In this document: piece after piece, positions 1 through 10,784 of the stretch | Numbering within the stretch: the stretch's first letter is position 1 | Layout of the letters: every line of letters starts with the position of its first letter | DNA from: Mantamonas sphyraenae STR306 | Lineage: Eukaryota; Protista; CRuMs | Assembly (NCBI GenBank): GCA_026936335.1 | Contig: JAPMXV010000026.1 | Location: 62,001 to 126,000, forward strand | Reading direction: 5' to 3' | Length of the DNA stretch: 64,000 bases | The notes under the pieces: generated by a model | What the model was told of the DNA's origin: nothing | Databases searched by the model: none | What the model saw: only the letters and a program-made list of their open reading frames with translations | Program-made: the position numbers and the translations under genes

Positions 1-231
1 GACGTCCAGTGGCTGGAGCAGCCCATGGAGACAGAAGATGTCGGCCCCAGCGGCTCTTTTCGCCACGCCCAATTCGGACGCTACAAGCGACTGCGTGCTC
101 GTGACGACGACGACAATGACGACAATGACGACGACCATGTTGATGACGACAATGAAAACGACGACGGCGACGATAGCCAGCGCTGGTACGTCGACCATCG
201 AGAGCAACGCCGACGCAAACAGCGCCGGTGA
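1..231 (+). CDS. 3' end of an upstream gene (acidic then basic tail), partial
   Basis: Frame 1 is open from the window start to TGA at 229-231 (DVQWLEQPMETED...DDDD...RRKQRR) and converges on the next gene. Confidence 0.35.
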   Translation, partial: DVQWLEQPMETEDVGPSGSFRHAQFGRYKRLRARDDDDNDDNDDDHVDDDNENDDGDDSQRWYVDHREQRRRKQRR

Positions 232-259
232 GCATGCGGCCATGAGCAGGCTCACAAGT

Positions 260-1291
260 TCACGGGAGCACAACCTTGGCCAAAGCGGCGTAGTATCCTC
301 GTTCGTCGTCCTTTCCCATTGTGGACAGCTCAAATGCACTGATCTTGCCCTTGCCAAAGTCGTAGCCGTCCAGCTGGTCAAACACAGCGGTGGCATCCAC
401 AGTGCGTGGGCCTTTGCCCTTCCGATACTTTGTGTTGATCAGTGTCGCGTGCATGTTCAACTTGTCGCGCTTCAGATCAGCGCTCGACACCAGGTCGTCC
501 TCTTCAAACGCGTCTCGGATGCGCTGGATGCACGCCAGCAGCCGTTCGATGTCCTCGCCGCTCTCTTGCGGCTTGGCGTACGCCACGCGCACCTTGCTCA
601 CATCCTTTTGGAACGACTCGGGTCCTCCGAGCTCCAGGACCACCGAGCGTGTGTTCAACCAGTCGTAGATGGGCAACGAGCGAAGAAGCTCGGCTGCACG
701 CAGCTGCTCCACCTCTGTGGGCAACTTCAGCAACAGGACAGTGAAGTGGTAGTGTGCCGCCGGCATCAGAATGGTCTCGTCAAACCCGTCCGCCTCGCGG
801 ATCTCCGTGTTGTCCAGCATTGCCTGCTGGAACTCCAGCATCGGCTCCACAAAGTGCTTGTCCAGCAGCGGGATGGACACAAAGTGGCTGTACCGATCCC
901 TCTTGCGTGCTTCCTCCAACAGTGCGTCCACTTCCAACTTGGCACCCACCACCGTGGCCAGGTCTTCCCCTTCGATGCTGATCCATTCGTCGCCCGAACC
1001 TCTTCTCGGAATGTTCAGAGTTGCGCCCGTGTTCTGCTCCACCGCCCTTTTGGTTGCCCCTTTGCTCCCAATCAGCTTGCCATGCAGGTTGCTGGCCACC
1101 AATTGCCTCAGCACCACCTTGTCCTCGCTCTCGACCAGTTTGCAGCGCCATGACCGTCGCATCTCCGCCACAACATCGTCGTACTCGTCCTGGGTTGAGT
1201 TTTCACGCGCCTCTTCGCTCTCCACATGCTTCCCCTTGCCTCCACGCTGCTCACGGCCTCGTCCTCGTCCTCTCCCCCCACCACCTCGCCC

Positions 1292-1324
<33 letters not shown>

Positions 1325-1459
1325 TTGCCCATCACCGAGCGACAGAACGCCCGCCTGCACTCCATTGCGCTCCCACCGTGCATGTTGCTCCACGCGTGTC
1401 TTGCGGTACGTGGTGCCCTGCACCTTGACCAGTGTCACTTCAGGCTCTCCAGAGTCCAT
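260..1459 (-). CDS. ASCC1: ASCC1-like KH domain + AKAP7-type 2H phosphoesterase
   Basis: KH motif HGKLIGSKGATKRAVEQNTGATLNIP; YSHFVSIPL; two HxT motifs (YHFTV, MHATL). Confidence 0.8.
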
Positions 1460-1917
1460 GGCTTCCTGTGCGCGAACGGTGTTTTTGCCTTGGCCAAGAC
1501 CCCGCAGCACGCAGCATCCACACACACGCACACACCCACAAAGCGTTGTCCTGACCTCCGTCCAGAATACTGCCACATCCATTCAATGCAACAATGGTGA
1601 GACACTGCAGTCAGGGTGCAGGGCCGCTTGGAAGAGAACCATCACGAGAAACTTCCTTCATTGCTGCTCCCCACCGCCGTTTTCTGCCACAAACACACCA
1701 TCGAGGAACGCGCGGATGTCTGAACGCCGTACCAGATTTACACGCACACGCTCACCCGGCTGACCAGCCCCTTGTGGAGCCTGTGCTCGGGACACTTCCG
1801 CCCTGGCCTGCACCTCGTCGACAAAGGCCCCATCCACAACCTCGATGTCACCATCGTTGTCCGCATTCACCTGTGCTGCGCCTTCCTGCTGCTCGGGGAT
1901 GCTGTTTGACATTTGGG

Positions 1918-3063
1918 ATGGATGCCGCAGGGCGAAGCAAACTTTCGCTCCTTCCCCGTCGCATGCGTCACACTGCACTGTTTGCCCTTGCGTTGGCACT
2001 GGTGGTCAGCACATGCTGGGCATCCATGCCAAACAACGCCAACATCCTGGTGATTGGCGGCACACAATTCATGGGGCGGCTGAACGTGGAGCACCTGGCC
2101 GACCAGGGCCACAACGTCACCATGCTCAACCGTGGGCGCACAGCAAATCCGTTTGCCAACGACTCGCGTGTGCACCACTTTGCCTGCGACCGTATGAACA
2201 ACCCAGACCGGTTCCGCAAGTTTCTGGCCGCCGACGCCTTTGATGTCATCATCGACTACGTGTGCTTCGAGCCTCGACACATGCTCGACGCCCTCACGGC
2301 GCTCAACTACACCGCTGGCCAGTCTCGGTTGCGCCACTACGTCTTTATCAGCACCGACAGCGTGTACATGGCCGCCAAGCGTCCGCCGAAGCATGGAGGC
2401 TTCATTCGCGAGGAGGACGGCAAGATGCCAAAGAGTTCCCGCTCGCAGAGGAAGCTGTTCAAGCGCAACAAGTACCAGTTTATGTACGGTGGCAACAAAC
2501 TCAAGGTGGAACAGGTGCTGGAGAGCGCCCACGCCTCGTCGGGCTTTCCCGTGACCTCGCTTCGCCTGACCGACGTGATCGGGCCCTACGACAACCTCGG
2601 CTCCCACCTGCAAATCTTGGAGACCCTGCTTCAGCGCCAGCCTGTTGGCACGCGTATCCAGGGCGTGCGTGGTGACACAAGCAACTACCGCTTTTCAACC
2701 GTGTATGCACCGGACGTGGTTCGCCTTGTCGACGCCGTCGTCCAGGCCGGCCCGTCCCTGTTTGGACATGCCTTGAACGTCGCCAACCCTCCTCAGGAGG
2801 CACCCACCATGCACGAATACGCCGGCCTGGTGGCAGAGTACGCCAATGTCACGCGCGACCACGTCACCTTTGACGACACCAAGTGGGCGTTTCTGCCCTC
2901 CACCGACTTTGGACCCATCGACACCGCCAAGCTGCACCGCATGCTGCCCTCGTTTGCCTTTACCCCATTCAACGACACCGTGCGTCTCACCACCGAGTGG
3001 TACCTCGCCGACGACGAGCACAAGATTTACACGGCGCAGCTGGCCGACTCGGATTCGGACTGA
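1918..3063 (+). CDS. NAD-dependent epimerase/dehydratase (extended SDR) with signal-peptide-like N-terminus
   Basis: ILVIGGTQFMG Rossmann motif, FISTDSVY, YGGNK (YxxxK); hydrophobic LFALALALVVSTCWA leader. Start at 1918 or 1963. Confidence 0.8.
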   Translation: MDAAGRSKLSLLPRRMRHTALFALALALVVSTCWASMPNNANILVIGGTQFMGRLNVEHLADQGHNVTMLNRGRTANPFANDSRVHHFACDRMNNPDRFRKFLAADAFDVIIDYVCFEPRHMLDALTALNYTAGQSRLRHYVFISTDSVYMAAKRPPKHGGFIREEDGKMPKSSRSQRKLFKRNKYQFMYGGNKLKVEQVLESAHASSGFPVTSLRLTDVIGPYDNLGSHLQILETLLQRQPVGTRIQGVRGDTSNYRFSTVYAPDVVRLVDAVVQAGPSLFGHALNVANPPQEAPTMHEYAGLVAEYANVTRDHVTFDDTKWAFLPSTDFGPIDTAKLHRMLPSFAFTPFNDTVRLTTEWYLADDEHKIYTAQLADSDSD

Positions 3064-3157
3064 AAACGCGTGTGCGTGTGGCAAGACGACCAATGCAAAT
3101 GCAAATGACATGTGGGATACGATGGGTGGGGTTTACGTTGCCTCTGGTTGGCACCGC

Positions 3158-3879
3158 TTACTCCTCCTCGTCCAGGAAGCCAGTCTCGGACACGTAGACA
3201 CCGTCCAGGAACTTACGGATATCCTTGTTGCGCACAAGGGTGGACATGTGGATCGAGGCGGCGGACTGGGACACCTTCTCGATGTCGCTGCCCTCCAGGA
3301 TCAGCTGGTCCTTGACCTTGTTGTCACGCTGGACTGTCACGCCGTCCAGCATGTTCACCACGCGGTCGTTCTTCTCACCCAAAAAGTTACGCAGCTCGAT
3401 CTTGGTGTCGTTCTCCGTGATCACTGTGTTGATGGGGAAATGCGCGTACACCAGACGCATCTTGTAGCGGTAGCCCTGTGGGATGCCAATGCGTGTGCGT
3501 GTCAGTCTCTGTGTGTGTCCCTGCCCATGCGTGCTCCACAAGGATTTGACTCGCGCTTGAAAAAATGCATGCGCTCCGCCCTCTGCGCTGCCCCCGCAGC
3601 TCTTCCCCTGCACACACAACGTACGCGAGTGACGCCGTCCACCATGTTCTGGATGTGCGACTTGATGGTCTTCACGCAGGCCAGCTGCTTCTTGCTGCCG
3701 AACCACAGCTCGATCTGGAGCTGGCGGCGGGACGGGAAGTGCTTGATGTCCACAGACTGGTGCTTGAACGACTTCTGCAGCTTGCCACGCGGGCCGGACA
3801 CCTCCACGAAGCGCGACGACACGCTCACCGTCACGTCCTTGGGGTAGTTCACGCGCTCACTCTTGAAGATCTGCTTCAT
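3158..3879 (-). CDS. RPL9: 60S ribosomal protein L9 (uL6)
   Basis: VSGPRGKL...[12 protein letters not shown]|[16 protein letters not shown]...[14 protein letters not shown]; intron 3624-3476 (GTACGT...CAG). The ATG directly follows a CAG acceptor, implying a 5'UTR intron. Confidence 0.95.
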
Positions 3880-4995
3880 CTGTGTGTGTGCGGCCGCCAC
3901 AAAACGCACGCAAGCGCAGCCCCAGAGTCAGCCTGCATGCGCTTCGCAACTTTTGCCTCCTTCTCCCTCTCCCCATGCCCTCCCGCCATTCCTCCGCCCC
4001 ATCCAGCGACGCAGACATGTGTACGCCTTCATGCATGCACCTCCGCTGCCCTCATGCAACCCGCCTCCGTCCGCTAGCGGCCCAGCTGTACACGGCCAAT
4101 CGCGAAAAAACGCAAGGCACAACGCCCGCGCTCTCACCGCTCCCCAGCGTGCCCCCACAAGCACACTCGAGCCAGAGTTGCACACCCATGCACATAGGCC
4201 ACACCTCCCGCAGCCACGAGACATCCATCTGCATATCTCTCTTCCACACACCTTATGTAATTGGTTGGCTGGCTCTCCCCGCGCGCTGGCTCTCGCCCCA
4301 CAAGACTGCCCTCCCTCCACACCACCTTGCTCGACCCGGCGCACCCTGTGCACAAGTGCTCACAGCCCATGTTCTGTCCATTCCAACCGTCTGCACGCGA
4401 TGCAAACCCCTGTACCGTTCATTCCTGCCCCCCATCCTCTCCATCCCCGCCCCGTTCGTTCCCGCACCATCCTCACAGGCTTCCCTACACGCCTTTCTCC
4501 ACAACTGATCACCGTTTACCCAACACACTTCTATATGTACACAGCCGCAGCCTGGATCACCCTCAAGGGAGGGCGTTCGCTTTTGCGTTGGCGCGCTCCA
4601 GGTCTCGCTGCCGCCCTTGACTTCCACAGAACGCACACCACCTACGCACACCGCCTTCCGTACCATCCAGCTCACCTCACCATCTGTACAACCACGTCCG
4701 TTGGCACTGCATGGCCTTCAGTTGGCCACAGGCTGGCGCTTGAACCGTGAATCAAGATTGCTGGGCAGCTTGACTGCTGCACGGTACAGGATGGCATACA
4801 TGACAACCACGAGTGCAATAAAGAACAACCGAATGAGGATCTGCGACTGCATACTCGTTGTCCAGGTCCACGTTGCTTTCGCCGGCGCACAGCACAAGCC
4901 GCTCGACAACCCACCCTGCCGCCTCTCTCCCGTGTCACAAACAGCCCACAAGACGCAGCAACAGCGCCAGACCGTCTCTGCACAACCCCCCATCT

Positions 4996-5438
4996 TTACT
5001 TCTTCAGCTTCTGTCGCAGCTCCTGTACTCGCTGCACGTACCTGGGCACGCGGAAATGCACCGATGCGCGCCACATCCCGACGGCCGCACACGTCCCCGC
5101 CACGCCACACGCCAATGTCACACACACATGCACCCGTGTCAGCTGCCATTGCTCTCTCTGCGGCGTTCTCCTTCACCCACGGCGCCCGCGTTGCATGCCC
5201 CTACGCTCGCCACCGTCGCTGCAAACCGACGAATGTGCCCTCTCGCACCAACGTACTCTTCATACTGACACTTCTCGTACGTGTGGCGCTCGTGCTCGCA
5301 CTTCCACGGCAAATAATACTCCTTCTTGCGGCACTCGTTCAGCGGAATCAGCAGGTGAGCACAGTAGTCCCGATAGCCCACGTCCAACTTTGCCGCTTTC
5401 ATCTCCTCCTCCGTCGCCTGCATCGTCCGGTTGCTCAT
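4996..5438 (-). CDS. NDUFB7: Complex I subunit B18/NDUFB7
   Basis: ATEEEMKAAKL..YRDYCAHLLIPLNECR..PWKCEHERHTYEKCQYEE (twin CX9C); intron 5256-5042; last exon YVQRVQELRQKLKK*. Confidence 0.9.
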
Positions 5439-5621
5439 GTTCGGTCTGAATGTGTCCGTGTCACACCCGATCAGAAGCACATCACATATACACACACACA
5501 AACACACACACACGATGTGGTCATCATCCGACACCCCTCCCTTTGTGTCAGCCTCGTTGCCCCTCTTCTCACACACGCTCTCTCACGCGCCGGAAAAACC
5601 AACCCTTGCGATTGCGTTGCC

Positions 5622-8600
5622 ATGTCGGACGCACCCAGCTCTCCGGCTTCTCCCGAGCAACCCGAATCGTCCGAAGAGACCATCGATCAGCCCAAGGCCC
5701 CACCTGCTCCCGTGCTTGCCTACCATGAGCTCCTGTCCCGCTACCTGCTCATCGAGCAGCGCTTCGACGAACTCCTCAGCGCAGACCGTGCCCTCACCGT
5801 CGCCTATCACGCCCTCTCCCAGCTGAAAATGGAGCAGGATGTCCAGCTGGAGCTCACCAATGCCCGTCTCGAGGCCGCCCAGAAGCAATGCGAGCGCCTT
5901 TCCGCTGAAGTCGGCAAGCTCAACGACGTACGTTCGCCCAACGCCGCCCCACCTGCCTTTTTTGTCCAGAGGGCCTTCTTTCCACGCCGTCCCATGGTTC
6001 CCACCCTGCCTCTCTTCTCGGCAGACAATACCCACACGCACGCATGGGTCTCCACGCGTACGCCCACCTCGCGTTTGCATGGTCTCACCCTCCCGTTCAC
6101 CCGCACCACGCAGGCCATGGGCAGCACCGAAACCAAGGAACGCCCCCGCTCCATCTTTGGCCGCCGATCCAAGGCCAAAAGCAGGATGCTAGGCAAGAGC
6201 AACTCCAGCAGCGCACTGAGCAGCTCCACTAGCACCAAGGGCAAAACCAACGTGGCCTTGGTCGATGTCAATGACGACGACCACTGGGCTGGCATGGATC
6301 TCGGCGACTCCCTCGACTCCTCCACCGCCGTCGAGCTCAAGGAAGTCAGGAAGGAGCTGAAACAGACCCAGGCCTTGGTCAAGAAACAGCAGAGTGTCAT
6401 TGAGAAGCAACAGACACAGCTGGAGAAACAGCAGCAACTCCTCACCCAGCAACGCTACCTTCTCGACAAGCTGCGTGGCACAAACCAGACTGTGGACACT
6501 CGCCTGGGCGACTACAGCAGCCGCTCACGTGGCTACAACCAAAACCTACCCTCTCGCGCAGACGCAGAGTCAAATGCTGGCGACGCCGAAGACGCAGACG
6601 CAGAGGCAGACAACGGCGCCGACCCGCACTCACACGGCTCACGTCTCAACCCACGCAAACTCCTCGATGGGTTCCGCAAGAACGCAGGCGGTGGAGGCGG
6701 CAGCAGCGGCAGCAGCAGCTCCGGCGAGGGAGACGACGACGCAAACGGCAAGGATGGAGACGACGCAGACAAGAAGAAGCAGGATGTCAAGGCGCCGTCG
6801 GTGCACCAGGATGGTACCTTCAACCTCATCTGTTCGTCGTGCAAACGCACACTGATGGTCAAGGTTGGCGCACGCCTTGCCGTCTGCCCCTGTGGAACCA
6901 CCATGCAGCGTGTACAGTGTCCAAAGTGCCGCATGGTGCTCATGCATCGCTCCACCTCGCGTCTCCTCGGCTGCCCCGCCTGTCACACCCATATGGTCAA
7001 GGACGTGTGCATCCAGTGCAACAACCCGTTCAGCTTTGCCGTCGACGACACAAACATCTCCTGCGAACGGTGCAGCTTCCGCATGATGGCCCAGCAGTGC
7101 AAGGCCTGCGACAACTACCTGTTATGTCCCATCGATTGCGACGAACTCTTCTGTGGCTTCTGCCACGTCGTCATGTACCGCCAGGACTGCAACAAGTGCG
7201 AACATGTCATGTTTTACATCCCTGACGCCGTCGACCACGACCAACAGTCCTACCGAGTGCGCTGTGAAAACTGCTCAACCTCCAATCTGCTCCTCGACGA
7301 GGCCGACTCCTTCCAAGATGTTGAGGACGAGGAGCAGCGCTCCTGGATGCGCATCCTGCACAATCTCAAGTTCAAGAACAGCAAACGCATCAACCCACTG
7401 TCCATCCTCTCGCCAGGCGAAAAGCAGCGCCTCCTCAGTCGCATCTACGACGACGAAAAGTTTGCCTTTATCGATCAGGTCATGGACCTTGTCACCAGCG
7501 TCCAGGACGCAGACCTCACCGCCTGGCTGCTCATTTACCTGTTTGACCAGGTCAACGGCACCATGGACGTGTTGAAGCACGTCATTTCTCGCGAGGTCGA
7601 CGCAACCACGGACCCGGCCACCATGTTCCGTGGCAACAGCATCGCCAGCAAGATGCTCAAGGAGCTCACCAGTCTCGTCTGTGGCCAGTATCTGCAGGTC
7701 ACCTCCACACCCATCATCGAAGCCGTCATGGAGGCCAAGGGCAGCTTTGAAATCGACCCCTTGCGTCTGGACAACGTCAACAAACAGTCTGCAAACATGG
7801 ATCGCCTGCTCGACCACACCCAGTACGCCCTGGACGTCATCTACCAGAGTGCCAACATCGCCCCGGCCGCCATGCGCCAGATTTGCATCATTTTGCGCGG
7901 TTACGTCGGCGACAAGTTTCCAGAGAGCCGCTACTCGTGCATTGGAGGCTTTGTCTTTCTGCGCGTCATCAATCCGGCCCTGTCGCAGCCCACCACCATC
8001 AACGAGGCGTGGGAGGTCAGCTCCGACGCACGCCGCGGCCTCCTCCTCATGTGCAAGGTGCTGCAGAACCTGGCCAATGGTCTGCTCTTTGGCAGCAAGG
8101 AAACATACATGCAGCGCATCAACCCGTTTCTGGAACACAACCGCGAGGCCATCAACAACATGTTTGACGATCTCGCCTCGCCCGAAAACATCAGCCACCG
8201 CTCTCTGTCCCTACGCGAGATGCAGATGCAATTCTCCATGCTTGAGAAACGGGTCAACTCGCTGCGCAAGAACTCGCTGGATCTGGAATCCGATCGCTCG
8301 GGCGAAGACACCGGCGACGAGGACGAATCCTGGGACGACTCTTCCTACGGCGACCCTCGCTCCATCAGCGTCAGCTCCACCGCCTCCACCGACTCGCTGA
8401 GCAACCGTCGTGGCCTCATCGGCTCCCTGGGACGCTCCTCTGCGTTTCCTTCCGACGACGAAGATTTGGCCTCGTCGCCCAGCCCACGTACCACCAGCAA
8501 GGTCGCACGCTGGAGGAAGAACAGCAACAAGGACAGCGGCTCAGCCTCCAAGAACGGAAAGGACAAGCGCAAAGACGAATCTGCAAACGTGAACGGCTCC

Positions 8601-8630
8601 CTCTCGTTTGCGTTGCAAGCGGATTTGTGA
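5622..8630 (+). CDS. Ras GTPase-activating protein with coiled coil and tandem CxxC zinc ribbons
   Basis: RasGAP motifs TMFRGNSIASKM (arginine finger), GFVFLRVINPAL, KVLQNLAN, FGSKETYM; probable in-frame intron ~5928-6112. Confidence 0.85.
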   Translation: MSDAPSSPASPEQPESSEETIDQPKAPPAPVLAYHELLSRYLLIEQRFDELLSADRALTVAYHALSQLKMEQDVQLELTNARLEAAQKQCERLSAEVGKLNDVRSPNAAPPAFFVQRAFFPRRPMVPTLPLFSADNTHTHAWVSTRTPTSRLHGLTLPFTRTTQAMGSTETKERPRSIFGRRSKAKSRMLGKSNSSSALSSSTSTKGKTNVALVDVNDDDHWAGMDLGDSLDSSTAVELKEVRKELKQTQALVKKQQSVIEKQQTQLEKQQQLLTQQRYLLDKLRGTNQTVDTRLGDYSSRSRGYNQNLPSRADAESNAGDAEDADAEADNGADPHSHGSRLNPRKLLDGFRKNAGGGGGSSGSSSSGEGDDDANGKDGDDADKKKQDVKAPSVHQDGTFNLICSSCKRTLMVKVGARLAVCPCGTTMQRVQCPKCRMVLMHRSTSRLLGCPACHTHMVKDVCIQCNNPFSFAVDDTNISCERCSFRMMAQQCKACDNYLLCPIDCDELFCGFCHVVMYRQDCNKCEHVMFYIPDAVDHDQQSYRVRCENCSTSNLLLDEADSFQDVEDEEQRSWMRILHNLKFKNSKRINPLSILSPGEKQRLLSRIYDDEKFAFIDQVMDLVTSVQDADLTAWLLIYLFDQVNGTMDVLKHVISREVDATTDPATMFRGNSIASKMLKELTSLVCGQYLQVTSTPIIEAVMEAKGSFEIDPLRLDNVNKQSANMDRLLDHTQYALDVIYQSANIAPAAMRQICIILRGYVGDKFPESRYSCIGGFVFLRVINPALSQPTTINEAWEVSSDARRGLLLMCKVLQNLANGLLFGSKETYMQRINPFLEHNREAINNMFDDLASPENISHRSLSLREMQMQFSMLEKRVNSLRKNSLDLESDRSGEDTGDEDESWDDSSYGDPRSISVSSTASTDSLSNRRGLIGSLGRSSAFPSDDEDLASSPSPRTTSKVARWRKNSNKDSGSASKNGKDKRKDESANVNGSLSFALQADL

Positions 8631-8715
8631 TCCTCGATGTATGTATTGTCTCCTCCCTTCTCCCTCCTCCCTTCCATCACACACACTCTCGTCCATCCTC
8701 TTTCCCTTTGGCTGG

Positions 8716-9057
8716 CTATTCGTCTGCACGTAGCACGCGGCCGTCGTCGGGGGTGATGTACGCGATGCCGTCGCGCACAGGAAACGCGGCGCCCAGCGTA
8801 GGCGAAACAAGCCATTCTCCATCGGCGCTTTGTTCCAGAGGCGCTTTGCTCACGGGGCAGGCAATGATGGAAAGCAGATCTGGATCGATGCCCTGTGTGC
8901 TGGCAGAGTCGTCGTCCAAGGAGGCGACCGTCATTGAAAGCTTCCGCCTGCCCATAGACGCCGAAGAGAGACTGAGCGAGGGCGAAGCATGCGTGCTGCT
9001 GCCGGCCATCCACGCTGTGAATCGCCCCGTGGCACGAAGACTGACAGAGGAGGTCAT
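8716..9057 (-). CDS. Trm112-like small protein (PREY/PYURF-like), possibly mitochondrial
   Basis: IDPDLLSIIACPVSKAPL...LVS...AFPVRDGIAY; Ser/Arg-rich leader. Confidence 0.7.
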   Translation of the reverse strand: MTSSVSLRATGRFTAWMAGSSTHASPSLSLSSASMGRRKLSMTVASLDDDSASTQGIDPDLLSIIACPVSKAPLEQSADGEWLVSPTLGAAFPVRDGIAYITPDDGRVLRADE

Positions 9058-9129
9058 GGTGGATGCGGATTCCAAACCAAACTTGCGCTGCGAAAGCGAG
9101 CGCAAGAGAAACGCAGCCGGTGACGAGCA

Positions 9130-10752
9130 ATGTCGAGCACGGGAGATCTGGTGGGCTCACAGCAGCAAATGATTACACCGTTGGGGCTGATCATGTCGCC
9201 GACGCTGCGGTCACAGTGGCAGTACATGAAGAAGGAGTTCCAAAAGACCAACAGCGCGGCGGAAACGCTGACGTTTGAGAACGGGGTGTTGAGCATCGAC
9301 ATGGAAAAGCTGACGCGGTTCAATGTGGTCCTCCTGGAAGAGGCCATGCTGGACGCCTATCTTGCACGGTACAGCAAGCACTTCTACCACGGGGAGGGCC
9401 GCGTGGTTCAGTTGCGTTTGCACGGCAGCGAGGGCTCGGGCCTGATTGGCTACTCCTTGCTGGGCATACTGCTGCGTCTCAACGCCATGCGTGCGTTGCA
9501 CATCGAGAACACAGAAGTGATCCAGGGCAACACGCTGTGGAAGAGCTTCGACGACTGCATCCACTACACTCGCCTGCCCGACTACGACAGCGATGACAGC
9601 GACGACGAGGAAAGCAGCAGCGATGGACGCAAGGGCTGCGGCATCCAATTGCCCTTCCTGCGCACCATCCACCTCCAAGACATCACCTGCGACGAAACAC
9701 GCTTCACCGACGGCCTCGTGGCTGGTCTTTGTCGCATGAGCCCCAATCTGGACACACTCAAACTCATCCGGTCCAATTGTGGCGTGCAAAAGCAATCGGT
9801 GTGCAACAAGTTTGAGTTGGAAGTGGATTTTGAACTGTTTGACATCATTGGCACTGTGTGTCCGCACATCCGTCACCTCCACATCGATTGCGGGCCATCC
9901 ACACGCTCGCTGCCGCAAGACGACGGCGCCCAGTGCATTCCCGTGGCACGCATCCTCCACCTCTTATCCAAGTTGCAGTTTCTCGAGGAGCTGCACATTG
10001 CCGGCTGCGAGCTCGACGTCCCCGAATTTCTGCGCCAGCTCAACGTACACTGCCGTGCCCTTCAGTGGCTCGATCTCGACGTGGACATCGGCATGCCTCC
10101 AGGCAAGGAGGATACAGTGGACGACGGCGACGCGTCGGGCTCCTCCTCGTCCACGGTCACGGCCTCCGCAAAGGGAGTTGCCAAGGGCAAACGCTCCAAG
10201 GCCATGGAGTACCTGAGCAAGAAGAACAAGGTGCGTGCACAGGCAGAAGCAAAGCAGAAACAACAGCAGCTGCCATGGTTTCCCAACCTCATCACCGTGT
10301 CCATGTGCGTGGAGCTGGCCGAAACGCCCGAAGAGGTGGAGCCTCTGTTTGCTGCGCTGGAGGCACAGGTTGACGCATGGAGCACAGCATGCCCGAATCT
10401 GGGCAACATCTTGCTCAAGGGCTTGCCTACGGTGGAGGAGCTCAAGGTGATTCTGTCGAGCGAGGGCAATCAAGGTCACCAGGAGATGTTGTGGAATCTT
10501 ATGGCGCACCCAATGACGTCGTCGGCCATCCCTGTGGCCTACAAGGAGGTGGTGAACATGGACAACCCGTGGCTGACCGCACAACTGGCTCTGGAACGCG
10601 AAGTGCTCGCCAACGACGAGTTTGGCCTCGACGACAACTTTGCCATGTACCCGCTGCGTGTGGAAGACTTTGGCAGGCACGAAGAGTGTGCCAGGTTAGG
10701 TTTGGCGGTGCGTACAGATGCTCCGCGTGAGACTGAGGGTGGAAACGATTGA
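9130..10752 (+). CDS. Hypothetical RNI-like/LRR protein
   Basis: 540-aa ORF with repeated CPxL/LxxLxL units (LRTIHL, SPNLDTLKL, CPHIRHLHI, LEELHI, CPNL). Confidence 0.55.
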   Translation: MSSTGDLVGSQQQMITPLGLIMSPTLRSQWQYMKKEFQKTNSAAETLTFENGVLSIDMEKLTRFNVVLLEEAMLDAYLARYSKHFYHGEGRVVQLRLHGSEGSGLIGYSLLGILLRLNAMRALHIENTEVIQGNTLWKSFDDCIHYTRLPDYDSDDSDDEESSSDGRKGCGIQLPFLRTIHLQDITCDETRFTDGLVAGLCRMSPNLDTLKLIRSNCGVQKQSVCNKFELEVDFELFDIIGTVCPHIRHLHIDCGPSTRSLPQDDGAQCIPVARILHLLSKLQFLEELHIAGCELDVPEFLRQLNVHCRALQWLDLDVDIGMPPGKEDTVDDGDASGSSSSTVTASAKGVAKGKRSKAMEYLSKKNKVRAQAEAKQKQQQLPWFPNLITVSMCVELAETPEEVEPLFAALEAQVDAWSTACPNLGNILLKGLPTVEELKVILSSEGNQGHQEMLWNLMAHPMTSSAIPVAYKEVVNMDNPWLTAQLALEREVLANDEFGLDDNFAMYPLRVEDFGRHEECARLGLAVRTDAPRETEGGND

Positions 10753-10784
10753 GCGAAGAAACCCTTTTGTTGCTTCTCCGCATC

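Noticed and set aside
260-1459. 2H phosphoesterase as the healing partner of the RNA ligase
   Set aside because: It has the ordinary KH+2H ASCC1 architecture and lies 30 kb away; linkage in a eukaryote is not evidence.
4676-4852. Small TM ORF (MQSQILIRLFF...PVAN) whose TGA read-through gives a U-R-P-C motif
   Set aside because: No recognisable family, no SECIS core in the downstream hairpin, and its ATG lies inside a likely splice donor of the RPL9 leader intron.
4617-5621. N-terminal 335 aa of the 1337-aa ORF
   Set aside because: Overlaps NDUFB7 antisense and intergenic CA tracts; the plausible RasGAP start is ATG 5622.
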